The notes under the pieces are model-generated. The model worked only from the letters and a program-made list of their open reading frames with translations, did not search any database and was not told the DNA's origin. From Tubulanus polymorphus (Eukaryota; Animalia; Nemertea): a stretch of DNA of 64,000 nucleotides. How positions within the stretch are numbered: the first letter of the stretch is position 1; each line of letters starts with the position of its first letter. The DNA is taken from the NCBI RefSeq assembly GCF_964204645.1, contig NW_027437474.1, positions 1,001 through 65,000 of the forward strand, in the 5' to 3' direction. Positions 13,428-27,094 of this stretch are shown here, in pieces. A program made the position numbers and the translations under genes.

Positions 13428-13650
13428 TGCTGGGAATTTGAATCAGGTGACGTCGTAAGACTCTATCGCATTGATGGGATTCGAACTTGATGGCGTCGTG
13501 AGACTCTGCCACGCTCCTTCCTGTCTAAAAATCGTGAGACCCTGTCACGTTACTCCCTCGCAGGGATTCGAACCTGATGACATCGCTAAACTCTGCCACT
13601 TTCCTCCCAGGCAGGGTTTCGAAGCTGATGGCATCACAAGACTCTGCCAT
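13428..13650 (-). repeat. Tandem array of about four tRNA/SINE-head units
   Basis: Repeated GGGATTCGAACCTGATG...ACTCTGCCAC units similar to the SINE head at 4785-4850. Confidence 0.55.
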
Positions 13651-16179
13651 GTTCTTTCAACGCTAGTCTATCAAATGGCCTTCTAATCGAGCCTTGTAAA
13701 GTGCCATAATCATATATATCATACTAATTCTAGGAAATTAACTACAATTCATTTAGATGTTCCTTTGCAAACATTGTCCATATAATAACTCCACAAAAAT
13801 GCCATGTGATTGTATTTACACGTATTTTTACGATCATTGATATTTTATAAGTACATAGTGTAATGAAGTTTACATCTACAATAATAAATCTAGTCATCCG
13901 CTAAGATATGTCGGGCAATTTCTCGCATAATGATACCTATATATTTTGTCGTATTCGTATTATAGACCTTATAAGGTTTAACGTGAAAAACATCCAGGTT
14001 TCTCGGGAGACTGTAATCAGGGGTTGACACGCACGGGATACTCCGACCTTGCCCTTCGTTGTATATATATCACGTTGCGTATGATATAACGTAAGCTGAG
14101 TGCGTTATTTTTTTGCGAGTCGATACTATCGACGATCGATAACGCGCGTCTGCAAGTGGCCACACGACGTGCAACACTCCCAGAGCCTACCTCCACTTTT
14201 CAATCGAATACGACGCTTTGAATATGCCATGTATCACTTATTATCACGGCTTGTAATTGCTGCATTGTGTATTCGTTCGGGAGTTGTGAAATGTATATCG
14301 TCGCACCGGAGAAAAAGCTTTGAGCGATGACGAGTCCGATTTAAGTGATATACCGTCATTACCTGACCGTTTCGTAAATGAAGCGTCGCATTTTATGAAA
14401 CGTAGTTCAGATGACCAATTGCGTTCAAGTTAAGAAATGATGTCCAAGAGAATAGTACATGTAGATCAAATGTATCTATAGATATTTCTCTGCCTGACAA
14501 GGGATCTCCGTTTCAAACTCTGCAATTTAAAAAAATGAGGTAGACACCTGTATGGTGAATACCAGTGGTCAGTATAGAAAAAATCATTGATATCAGTTGT
14601 CGAATGTTAAGTCCATTTCTGATCACTATCTCGCAAAAGGTAGAAGCTGAGGTTCTTTGTCAACTTCTCAGGAAAGTTATCAGTCTGAAGATGCAAATTC
14701 TGATTCTTTTCTCTCTCGGGGTGATCGTAGTATTGATTTGAATGATATTGTAACAAGTCCAAATATCCCGCAATCATTCGCGAATTCATTTAATTCATGT
14801 AGCAAACCTATAATGGCCCAATATACCAACCACTTCTACAGAAGTCGATTCATAAAATTCTCCACGTTTTACCAATGGCATTGATTTTGATAAAATAACT
14901 TTTCTTGAAATTGCTATGAGAAGTAAAGGTTCAATGACATCATTTGCAGGGAAGCTTTGTCATGAAATATTTTCCGCTGATGAAACAATGGGGAAAAATG
15001 ACTAAAAAGGCTAAACTGGATCCACGGAAGATTTCTCTTATTAAAGAGCAAACGTTTAACTAGTTCCCTTGTACTCCAACCGAAAGGGAAAATAATCTGG
15101 CAAAGGGATATTGTAAAAGCTATCGACACTGTCAATATAAATCGTTTATATAAGGCTTGGAGAAGATTTGTTTCTTTCAAGTAGTGCATTTTGTTGTATA
15201 ATACATTATACTCTGCCCAATTCAAAATTCTCTATATTTTAACTCAATTTGGATGGTGCCCATGCTCTACAGTTTCGCAGTTAAATGTATCACGTTTCAT
15301 GGTTTGTGTTATTATTCCCAATAAATGTTATATTTTATCCGCCAAGAAAGGCAATAAATATGGTGGTTGATTCGGGCCATAATAGAAAAAAGTGTGGCAT
15401 TAGAACACATTTTAATTTTCACGCCATATATTTCAATGTGGTGAAAAATGATTTTCAAGTCAATATGACAAAAATTAAAAACGCATATTTCTTCCCTACA
15501 TGACCGTAATCAATCATCATGAGTTTATTTTTCAAAATTTTTATTGGGGTATTTTGCCTGTGCTTTAAAAAATGTCTTAATTCATTTGGTATTTCATATG
15601 CTCATTGAATATAGATTATAAGCATCGAGTTTGGTGCTCAATATCCCATGATTTGGGATTGTGTTCAAGTTTGAATAAAGAGTTCTAATTTCAATTTTGG
15701 TGTTTGATTTTTATTTGGTTCATATGACGAATGTTGCTCAGGAGAGAGTTCAAGCAAATCTCGAATCCCCAGTTCAACATTTTAAGTATCCCCGAATGAA
15801 ATTGGTCCCCATATCTACCCCCATGGTCATTCAATTTAGACGAATTCATGGTAAACCCCTAAAAAACCCCTTTTAATAAAAACACAACCAGGACCCCTTC
15901 TTGTGTGACTAGCCCCAACTGAAGCACTGAGCCGGAGACTCTTTCACCTGGACTCTGTTTTACATTGAAAATTCATTGGTCTACTGCTTGCTGTACTTGA
16001 TAGAATAGACTTCATCTATAGGACCAGTGTAGTCAAATATTGGTATAGATTTTCAGGTTTTTCCACGCCACACTGACAAACAGCAGGGACAGAAAATATT
16101 TTTTATCGGTTTGAATGGAAGCTCACTATAACCTACAACGTTTATATGACTACAATTTCTCATTTCATAGTAGTACCAG

Positions 16180-16310
16180 CTACCCACCTACCAACCTCCC
16201 TACCTGTACACCTACATACCTGCCTGCCTGCCTGCCTTCCTGTCTGCCTGCCTGCCTGCCTGCCTACCTACCTACCTACCTACCTACCTACCTACCCACC
16301 TACATACCTC
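16180..16310. repeat. (CCTA)n/(CCTG)n microsatellite
   Basis: Visible tetranucleotide runs. Confidence 0.9.
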
Positions 16311-16359
16311 CGTATCGATAAGTTATAAGAATCTGATTGAAATACTTTCCTTTTTACAG

Positions 16360-17326
16360 ACGATCACAAATAAAAACGTGTTTATGGCTACACAAAGTCC
16401 ATTGGCAGATACAATTACTGATTTCTGGCAAATGATCTTTGACTTTAACTGTGAACTTATTGTAATGATGCATCAAGAATATCCACAAGATCCGGTAAGG
16501 TGTATTCCTAGTCTAGCACTGCCTTGTGTTGGTCTGCTTAATAGGTATCTTTTTCCAGAATACATCTTCTGATTTCAGACATATGCAAACTATTGTCCTG
16601 CAGCTGGAAGCATCAAATTCGGTCCTTTTACGATCACTGTGGATGAGGTTTCATTGCCCTGTAAGACCATTGTTCGCCGGGATTTGATCCTCCAAAAACG
16701 GAATGTACGTTGAGTTTATTCGGTATCATCCATTCAAAGATAGGTGGCTGTTTTTTTTCGGAATTTCCTTCGACATTGCTATTTACTATGACCTGATCAG
16801 ATCAATTGTATTTCTTTGATGTCGCAGGAATCGCGTCAGATTCGTCAGATCCAGTTTTTAGGATGGCCTGAGGATGCGTCAGTTCCTGACGTACAATATC
16901 TATTCGAGTTTGTGAAGTTAGTTACAAGAGAACACGTCACCAGTCCTATTGTTGTACATTGCATGTTCGTATCTTAGTAACATCAGTCAATTATTCAAAA
17001 CAACATCACATATTCTAAAGATTATGCAAATTTTACAGGGACAGCGCAACTAGAACTGGACTATTTTGTGCGGCATTTGAACTGATCACCGAGACGCCAT
17101 CTAACGAACAAATCGATATTTATCACTGTATACAAAAACTACGAATGACTCGACCTCAATTCATTCCAAATTTGGTAAGAAATTAATCGATTTTCTTTGT
17201 ATTTTCACGAGTAATGTTATTGATGTATTTTTCTTGTTTTCGTGTTTATAGGAACAATACAAGTTTCTGCATGATCTGATGATATTCTATTTACAAGGAT
17301 TCGACACTTATGCGAACCTTAGTTAG
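16360..17326 (+). CDS. Last five exons of a receptor-type protein tyrosine phosphatase (D2 domain); upstream exons not found
   Basis: GT-AG exons 16360-16494, 16579-16704, 16828-16964, 17039-17174 and 17252-17326 splice in frame: ATQSPLADTITDFWQMI, QFLGWP, PIVVHCMDSATRTG, EQYKFLHD...YANLS*. Confidence 0.8.
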
Positions 17327-20226
17327 AATTATGACTGGAAATGCTGAAGAAAAGCAAACAATCAAAAAAGGGAATCTGAGAAACGGCACCTGAACTGCTA
17401 CTTTACCCATGGCATTAACCGAGTAATGGCGCCACTAGCTGGAACATGAAGTAACGATTAACTTACTTAATCATATAATCATATACTTAATCTTTTCAGA
17501 TTGTTTTATTCAAAATATTGCTTGAACTCTTGGACATAAAGATTAACGTAGCTTACGTATTTAGCAACGTTAGGTCTACTCCAGAAACTGTCCGGTTTTA
17601 TTGTGTTTATGTTTGCGATTACTTTTTTGTTCATGAATATATATTCAGATATAATTTATATATCTATTTGATTATGTATCTATAAAACTGAGTGTTATAA
17701 TATGTTATAATTTCAAGGTAAATAAAGATTATTATATTAGATAATTATCATTAGAAATAGATTATAAAGATGATTTATGTATATATCACTGTAAATTAGA
17801 TATTCTTAATTAATCTAAACACTCATGATTTATTTGTAATCACCCCGTTCACGTCGTGTATTATCCACTTCCTTCCCTCACTGTTATCCACCTATCCACC
17901 TACTATATATATACACTAATAAAAGTGAAAGCTCGTAATTTCTAGTATAAAATCAAGATAACTACTGACAGCAAGTTACCGTAGAATAATTCATAATGAC
18001 AATGTAATTGTAGCGTGATTATCAATTCAGTCACTCTTAATTAATAATCTTTAATTAATCTAATTACACATAATTTACATCCGGTAAAGTTCCTAACTAT
18101 ACATATATTACACTAGTAGCTAAAACACGTAATTTCTAGTATAAAATCAGGTTAACTACTGACAGTAAGTTGTTACCCGTCGTCACGTTTATTGATTATA
18201 CTCACAGTCCATACATGAATATAACTGATTATTTTACATTCACGATGAACTCGAATATTGTACATAATCTAGATTAAAATATGTAGATTTTTACAGATTT
18301 GCATTTGATGTTTATTTTTGCACTTAATGTTTTTATTTTGTCTTGTTTTAGAAAAGAAGATTCATTTCCGGAAATACATTCGGTGCTTTCTGTTTTGTTG
18401 TTTTGTTTGTTTTGTTCTTGATTTGTTTTACAAAAGGAAAGTCTTTCATGAACTCATAGATATACTTTAGAAATAGTTAACCAAAAAGTCTTCTTTTTCT
18501 GAAGTTGAACAAAAGACACGATTAGGCATTTTTTAATATTCAACAATATGATTCATGTGATAAACATTGTTAACAATGAATTTAGTTTATTAGGAATGGA
18601 GTCTTCTTTTGTGGTTGCATCAACAAAAAATAATCACGGCGATTATAAAGCATGTAATGACCTACAATTCTTGGGGTCAGTTGGTTGGAGTTAATCAGTG
18701 GATAGTTAACATATCTTTTACCAACTTTTGAGCATTTGTGGCTCATTACATGCTTTAGAGTATTGTGGTGTTTTTTGTTGATTATTTATTGTCTGAATAT
18801 CCAACAGGTCGAGTTATGACTATATTCTTATATCGTACTACGTGTATTTACAAAGATTTACAGCGCGTTTTACAAAATAAAATATCACGAATCAAAAACT
18901 TGCGAATGTAAATAATTTCTAAACGACATAAAAATCATTCAAATGGGTGTCTGTACTTGATAATGCAAGGTTTCTCATCTTGTTGACTGTAATAAGAGTA
19001 ACGAACCGCACACTTTTAACGCGTCCAATGTTCATTTTCCCATTTTAATTTTTTCCAAAATTTTCTTCGTAATACAACATATCTATCAATTTGAAAAGTG
19101 GAAATTGTCGCAGAGTTTTTCAATGACACGTCTTCCTTTGAACGACGAAGTTTTGTTTTCTGTTTCAAACATATAATACGTAAATCGCAATTTACTTCCT
19201 GGTAGACCGGTAGACGACGTTTTCGCGGATTTCACAGATGCGACACATATATTCATTTAACACCGTGCACCTTTTATATTGTCAGTTATATAATACACTT
19301 CTGAATAGAAAGACGTTTTTTTTTAAAACTCATGTGACAGAACGTTCAAGTATTATACACAAGAAAGCAGTTTGCTTGTACACTGTAACATCGTTTTGCG
19401 GCGTTAAAATCTACTTTCTTAAGGTTTATTTTCGCTCTGCTATTGTTTTTATTTGCGTAACGAAGGTCACGAATCTCCATCGCTAAAGGTAAGAAAAACA
19501 AATTCTATTTTTTCTTTTCGTTTTTTATTATTTTTATACAATTCACTATAGTTAGTCTAATATAGAATATTTATACTTTGTTTCTCCTAATCGGCTGAGG
19601 GTCACTTTCGTAAAATATGATAAGATTTTTAATCAGTTCATTTCTATAACTGTCGGTTCTGTTATTGTTAGATCGATCATGATTTAAAAAAAACAAACAG
19701 TCATGTACAGGGTAGATAGATGGTCAACTTTTAAGCTCAGCAGAAATGAGAGAAACAAGGTATCAATTTTTGTAGCCTAAATGCGAACCTTTATGGATAG
19801 ATCTTTATTGAAAGGAGGGGTATAGACCTCAGACTCTAGTAAATTAACTATTGGGTTACGCTCAGCAGAAATGAGAAACAAGGTATGAATTTTTTTAGCC
19901 TAGTTAGGCTAATATAGAATATTTATACTTTCTTTCTTCTAATCGGCTGTGGGTCACTTTCGTAAAATATGATAAAATTTGTAATCAGTTCATTTCTATA
20001 ACTGTCGGGTCTGTTATTGTTAGATTGATCGTGATTCCGTTTGGAAATTCAGTCAGTACAATGAATTCGGGTGCAAATGAAAATAGATATCACTACTGAC
20101 ATAGATTTGCTTTCTAAGAAATGTTTGCTGTTTCCTTAATTTGAATAGACACTACAGACACGTGTTTATGGAAACAAATGCAAAGTTTTTAATGTGAATT
20201 AAAGTGAAAAATCACTTGTTACTTAC

Positions 20227-20502
20227 ACAGAACATTAATGGTAATACTCCCGGTAACCGTTCCTGCAGTATTCGATACTATACATGTATAAAAACCTGAA
20301 TCGGTTCTACTGATTCCTGTAAATCTGGGTCTATTATGAGACTGTCCTGATAGATTGACACCAGTCCATTTATACGTCAGTCCTGTAGGTCAAGACGGTG
20401 AACCGTCACATGTAATTGTTAACGGTAAATTCTCCTGTACTGTGACGATGTTGTCGATGGAGGTGATTGGTTGAGATGTTAGAACCGGTCCACTAGGGGG
20501 CG
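20227..20502 (-). pseudogene. Immunoglobulin-domain exon with in-frame stop
   Basis: Phase-1 GT-AG exon (276 bp): LTITCDGSPS*PTGLTYKW...RTDSGFYTCIVSN (Ig C-W-DxGxYxC pattern); a probable signal-peptide exon lies near 21460-21520. Confidence 0.75.
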
Positions 20503-20813
20503 CTGCAAACATACAGAAAAAAGAGAGAAGGGATGGTACGTTTTCTAATACGCTTAAATACTAGATTCGTTTATTGATTTTTGATTTTTAATCAACCATT
20601 TACTTGAAAACGAATCATTCTGATACAATGGATGGATGTACTGTGAGGAGTGGCACGTTTCACCATCTTGATAGATAACACTTCAAAGCATACAAGATTG
20701 ATTCGTGAAATCTTCGAACTCACGTTGATTGAAAAGTAGCTCAGATGAGGGGGTGAATACAATCTTACAAGCTTTTTTTCTTAATCAGTGATTACGATAA
20801 GAGAAATGGAATA

Positions 20814-20984
20814 CAGTCAACCCCCGATATACTGCGCTCACATCGGTGCTGAACGATTTTGGCGGTATAGAGAGTACGGCGGTATATCGGGGGTGTTTTG
20901 CTATGTTTTTGTTTAGAGATGTACAAAACTGGCGGTAGGCGGGGTGGGCTGTATATGGGAGGGCGGTATATCGGGGGTTGACTG
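20814..20984. mobile_element. Tc1/mariner-pogo type MITE
   Basis: 22-bp TIR CAGTCAACCCCCGATATACYGC with TA on both sides. Confidence 0.88.
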
Positions 20985-23749
20985 TAGTTCATTCATCTAT
21001 TTGTACGTCATTCTCACCTAATACAGTTATAACTGTTCCACTATGTCGGAAAGAGTTCATGTAGTTAACATGAATATCTTACAGAATCAGTCATCTGAAC
21101 ATTGGTGATACGTATACCATAACGTCCAGCTGTGACGTCACATTGTCCGGATCAATATTCCACGGGGACAGTTCATCTTATCAAACGCAAACTGTTGCGA
21201 AGGCGTACTCATTGTTATTCTGAAACCGCAGAAATGTGTCCTGGGTGGCGAAACGTGACATTTTACGACAGTGGTTCCAACTAGTTTTACAACTGTTCGT
21301 GTTCCGACTGTTGTAATTAACGTATCTGCTGCGTCTATACAGTGCTGCTGCTGTCCTAGAAAAAATTAACAAAATTACCAATTTACAAGTGGAAATTCGA
21401 AGATAGCCGTTTCCCATTTCCCAAACGATATTACGAAAAACTGTAGACAATTTCGTTTACCGTTTATTCCTGTGCACTGCGTCATTAGGACCAACACCAA
21501 CATCATTGGCAAACACTTCTGTAATGAAGATAAACACTGATTTAGAATATATCGCATGTACCGCTGTGAGTGGGCAAGACGTTTGATATTCTAGTCCGTT
21601 TTGTAAACGGTTAAACTGCGATCGAGATTTCGAGATTATGAGCATACAGAATTAAATCTGTAGCACGACCCGGCTTCGAGATTATATTAACTAAACGCAC
21701 GTATCAGTATAGTGGTCTGCCACAGTCACTTAAACCAATGAAAACTGAATTCAGAGTCTGAATCGACCCACAAAATGTAGGTGCTAATCCTTACCTTCCT
21801 ATACATATTGTATACGATTGCTTCTCATAGAACCTCACAAAGCTTTAATAGAAATAGTATACATACAAATATCATGGATGATAACAAAGTGATATCCAGG
21901 GGCTAATAGTGGTCAGTTAAGGATCGTTAACGGGGGAAAACGAACCCATTGGTCATATGTATTCATTATGATGAAATACTGTACCTTCGATTCTATGATA
22001 GCCTACCAGACAAGCTTTTCAGTAACTTCAACAATTGAAAAAATCACGGTTCAACCGAATAAACCTTAATTTACACTGGCTAAAAATTCATACCTTGTTT
22101 CTCATTTCTGCTGAGCTTAACCCAATAGTTAATTTACTAGAGTCTGAGGTCTATACCCCTCCTTTCAATAAAGATTTATCCATAAGGCTAAACAAAAATG
22201 ATACCTTGTTTCTTCGCAGCGGCCGGGTCATTTTTGTAAAATATGATAAAATTTATAAACAGTTCATTTCTATAGCGGCCGGGTCTGTTATGGTTAAATT
22301 GATCAAGATTTAAAAAAAAAGTAATGTATAGGGTAGATAGGCAGCAGAGCGGAGAAACAAGGTATCAATTTTTTTAGCCTAAAGGTTCGCATATAGGCTA
22401 CAAAAATTGATACATTGTTTCTTTCATTTTTGCTGAGCTTAAAAGTTGACCGTCTATCTACCCTGTACATGATTGTTTTTTTTTTATCTTTAAATCACGA
22501 TCAATCTAACAATAACAGACCCGTCAGTTATAGAAATGAACTGATTACAAATGTTATCAAATTTTACGTAAGTGACCCTCAGCCGATTAGGAGAAACAAA
22601 GTAAAATATTCTATATTACCCTAACTATAGTGAATTGTATAAACATAAAAAAAAAATGAAAACAAAAGAATAGAATGTGTTTTTCTTACCTTTAGCGATG
22701 GAGATACGCGACCTTCGTTACGCAGATAAAAACAATTGCAGAGCGAAAATAAACCTTAAGAAAGTAGATTTTAACGCCGCAAAACGATGTTACAATGTAC
22801 AAGCAAACTGCTTTCATATGTATAATACTTGAATGTTCTGTCACATGAGTTTTAAAAAAACCTCTTTTTATTCAGGAGTGTATTATATAACTGACAATAT
22901 AAATGGTGCACGGTGTTAAATTAATATATGTGTCGCATCTGTGAAATCTGCGAAAACGTCGTCTACCGGTCTACCAGGAAGTAATTTGCGATTTACGTAT
23001 TATATGTTTGAAAAAAAATTAAAACTTCGCCGTTCAAAGGAATACGTGTCTGAACGGCGATCAGTGAAAAACTCTGCGACAACTTCCACTTCCACAAAAT
23101 GATAGGTATGTTTTATTACGAAGAAAATTTTGGAAAAAAATTAGAATGGGAAAATCAACATTGGAGGCGTCGAACGTGTGCGGTTCGTTACTCTTATTAC
23201 AGTCAACAAGATGAGAAACCTACAGACACCCATTTGAAATGATGAATGTCTGAATGATTTTTATATCGTTTAGAAATTATTTTCATTCGGAAGTTTTTGA
23301 TCCGTGGTGCTTTATTTTGTAAAACGCGCTCTTAATATTTTTAAATACATGTAGTACGATAAAGGAATAGAATGTCTTAACTTGACAACAAAAAATCACC
23401 ACAATATTCTAAAGCATGTAATCAGCCACAAATGCTCAAAAGTTGGTCAAAGATATGTTAACTATCCACTGAATTACTCCAACCAAGTGACCCCCGGAAT
23501 CGTATGTCATTACATGTTTCATAATCGCCGTGATTTTTTATTGATCCAACCACAAAAGAAGACTCCATTCCTAATAAACCAAAATCATTGTTAACAAGGT
23601 TTATCATATGACTCATATTGTTGAAAATTCAAAAATCGCTAAACGTGTCTTTTGTTCAACATCAGAAAAAGAAGACTTTTTGGTAAACTATTTCTAAAGT
23701 AAATCTATGAGTTCATGAAAGACTTTCCTTTTGTAAAACAAATCAAGAA

Positions 23750-23781
<32 letters not shown>

Positions 23782-24104
23782 GAAAGCACCGGATGTATTT
23801 CCGGAAATGAATCTTCTTTTGTAAAACAAGACAAAAATAAAAACATTAAGTGCAAAAATAAACATCAAATGCAAATCTGTAAAAATCTACATATTTTATT
23901 CTAGATTATGTACAATATTCGAGTTCATTATGAAAGTAAAATAATCATTTATATTCATGTAAACGAGTCCGACGCGATTCCTGTGAAATATAACATATAC
24001 TGTTTACAGTAACAATAAGGTCATAGTAAATAGCAATGTCGAAGGAAATTTAGAAAAATGCAGCCATCTTTCTCTGAAAAGAAGCTATCGAAAAAGTCAA
24101 CATA

Positions 24105-25263
24105 CATTCTGTTTTTGGAGGATCAAATCCCGACGAACGATGGTCTTACAGAGCAATGAAACTTCCTCAACAGTGATCGTAAAAGGATCGAATTTAATAC
24201 TTCCAACTGCAGGACAACAGCTAGCATATGTCTGAAATCAGAAAATGTATTTTAGGAGACATCTAGATAAGGCAGGGCTGCACTTAAGAATAAGCCTTAC
24301 CGGATCTTGTGGATATTCTTGATGCATCATTACAATAAGTTCACAGTTGTAGTCAAAGATCATTTGCTAGAAATCAGTAATAGTGTTTGCCAATGGACTT
24401 TGTGTGGCTATAAACACGTTGGCATCTGTGATCGTCTGTAAAAAGGTATGTCATTTTATTTGGTTTTCGCAAATTATATCGATCTATCTTTTTAATCTAT
24501 AATTATCTATCAACTAAAACTGCCCGGATATTCTACGGATGGCTATTATATCAGAATCAAAATCATGTGCACAATTGAAGCATTAATGAACCCTTTATGT
24601 GAGAGTTCCAGTTGATACTGAGCCTCGGGGAGGATGTCTTTGTATCGAGACTTGTAAACATTGTTGAGTAGTTTGGCCACTGCTAGTGATTCCTCGTCCT
24701 GAATCGGAGTCGATGCCTTCAACACCTGTATTAATAGAAGCTCATTGAAAAATTGTTTCCTGAAAACCAAGGAGAAACCATTTGGACCCAAGGAAACACG
24801 ATTTGGTCAATGATTTTATTGCTGCCATCCTTAGTTTGTGCCGGGATCGAACCATTCGTCTAATTTTGGCCGATCTTAATACCTACTAGAAATTGTTCCT
24901 CTTTTTTATCAGATACGTTTTTAGATACACGACGCGTTGCCTTTCTTTCCTCGTATGATTCTCTGAAACTTGTGGCCGGGTATGCCTCCGGTCCCAGTAC
25001 CAGTTCCTCCAGTAGACTCTGGTGTACGAGAATGTACTGTTTCTAAAGTAGATAGTCAAACAACATGTTGGAGAAGTTTTGGATTTTGGAAGCGTGAAAT
25101 GAGAGACAGTTACTACAGGTTTACCATATTTTGGATCATTCCTGGTCTTTGTTGTCGTAACCTCCTTAACGTGTCGAATACGATTACGAGTCCATCTTTC
25201 TTGGCTTCTTTCAAGAAGCTGCTCCGTTGCGATATAACAAACTGTCCTTCCAGCACCGGCACT
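24105..25263 (-). pseudogene. Receptor PTP pseudogene, end of D1 and start of D2 exons
   Basis: Exons give SAGAGRTVCYIA, LRQQRPGMIQN, EQYILVHQSLLE and KSRYKDILP...FINAS; TGG>TAG stop near 24368 and a frameshift near 25205; last three D2 exons are absent. Confidence 0.8.
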
Positions 25264-25528
25264 GAGAATACAAAACAAGCCGTAACATCTCTAACCTTGT
25301 CCTTAACGGTAAAGATTTCGAAATAATTTACCTGCCTTAGAAATATTAGGCAGTAAAATTGTGACACACATAAACAGTGAGTGCGCGCAACAACAGCTGC
25401 GCGTGTGTTAACTGTACCCGGATAAATAGATGCTGTGAGGCTTGGGTGAGAACGGTTAATAGCGTGTTTGTTATATACAGGGGAAGTAATCCCCACTCAT
25501 CACCACAAGTAATTTGTTTTCCTTATAA

Positions 25529-25855
25529 ATAGGAGATAGAAAAGCATTCTTAGCAACAATAAATAACAGAATAAAACCAGCAAAAAAACAATTTGAAATA
25601 AAAAAGTTAGTTGATGTTACAAAAGAAATTGAACATAAAATATTGAAATTAGAAAAGATAAAAACTTAATATGGAGAGAAAGTATCAGCTAATTTAAGCT
25701 ACTGTAATGTTAGTACATCACGAGAATTTAAAGTGTTTTTACCCGATAAATGGGTTTCATTGAGTACGGAGGAATTGAAAGATTTAGTAGGATTTAAAAT
25801 AATATATCATGGGAAAAATGAAGACGGTCATCATGATTTAGAAATTGTTGATTAA
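25529..25855 (+). pseudogene. Small viral ORF starting in the left TIR (possible OB-fold/ssDNA-binding protein)
   Basis: 109 codons with ATG>ATA and one internal TAA; KT*YGEKV...KVFLPDKW...IIYHGK pattern resembles small Polinton ORFs. Fold is inference. Confidence 0.45.
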
Positions 25856-26710
25856 ATAAAAAATAAAAATAATGAATATCTAGAATCCAAAATGACCTTA
25901 GTCGTTTTATAAACAACTACAATCATACAGTACATCTGTTACATGTTATTATAAGAGAGTGCTTCATTTGAATATTGATCATTCAAACAGGTGTTGCACA
26001 ACGTTGTTGTTATATTGGATAGCTAGCAGTTATATAATAAGCACGCAGTACATAAAACACACACAGGCCAGTTAGCCGGCATTGAACCACCACGTTTTCA
26101 TTGGTTGCTGAAAGCTTCAATGGTTGACAGGAAACACATTATATTAAAGGCGCCTAATGAATTTCCTATCAACACCCTTACCCCCGAAAGGAGGATCGAA
26201 AGTCGAAACTGAAGGAGAACCACGGAGGGTGGACAAAGGTGCATTTTCGAAATGCCCCTGCAAGCCAAGCCCGGCGGCACTCCAGTGGTTGAATGAATTG
26301 CCTTATATACTTAGCTAAAACACCTAAGTAAATGTTGTTGGTGCTAAAAAAATATGTGAAATTTGAAATTATAAATTATTCCGAATGAAAAGAATGTAAG
26401 AATGAAAACTGATAAATGAATTATGGATTTTTAACTTAATTATGATATAATTTTTAATCAAATTAGTAATCAATTACCATGGTTATTGATTAACAAATTC
26501 AAATTCAAATATTCATTTTAGCATCACACCCCACCCAGTGCTGCCATCTTTCAATTTAAGAAAAAACTAATAATAAGAAACGACTGTAATACAATATTCA
26601 AGTAAAAACAAAATAAATTAATAAAAATAATGAATATCTAGAATCCGAAATGACTTATCTGGGCAATTTAATTGCTCCACATAGATAGACAAAAGTAGTG
26701 AGATATTCAA

Positions 26711-27094
26711 TTATTTTTTTTGCTTTTTTTCTAAAATATTAATCCATTTTTTTATTATCAATTTTGGAATTTCAGAAGTATTTTCATTTTTGATAGCAGT
26801 TGTTTCAGAATTATTAATATCATGAATTTTATTTGATTTCTTATACCAATTACACCCAATCAAAATGAATACAATTACAAATCCAACTGTAAAATATAGA
26901 CATTTATCAAATATTCTATTATTAGAAGGAGTAGAAATAACAATATTTTCACCATTTTTATTACTTATTTTTTCTTTTACAGCTTTTTTATATTCTTGTG
27001 ATTTAATTCCTAATTGCCGAGACCATTCAATTTGTTTCTGTGATCTCGGTTTTTTCTTCACAGTTAATTCCTTCACTTCTTCCACCTCGCTCAT
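26711..27094 (-). CDS. Viral protein with basic N-terminus and single TM helix
   Basis: KKKPRSQKQIEWSRQLG plus hydrophobic LYFTVGFVIVFILIG; homologous to 55470-55730. Confidence 0.6.
   Translation of the reverse strand: MSEVEEVKELTVKKKPRSQKQIEWSRQLGIKSQEYKKAVKEKISNKNGENIVISTPSNNRIFDKCLYFTVGFVIVFILIGCNWYKKSNKIHDINNSETTAIKNENTSEIPKLIIKKWINILEKKQKK

Larger units (their letters stand above)
18212..23960. repeat. Large inverted repeat: ~1.8-kb arms 18212-~20035 and ~22070-23960
   Basis: Arms read as reverse complements throughout (e.g. 18212 TACATGAATATAACTGATT vs 23960 end); homology resumes between 24010-24445 and 16355-16795. Confidence 0.9.

Noticed and set aside
14600-15270. Possible coding remnant
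   Set aside because: Multiple stops and no motif I can assign.
16115-16328. PTYL/PACL repeat ORFs
   Set aside because: Microsatellite translation.
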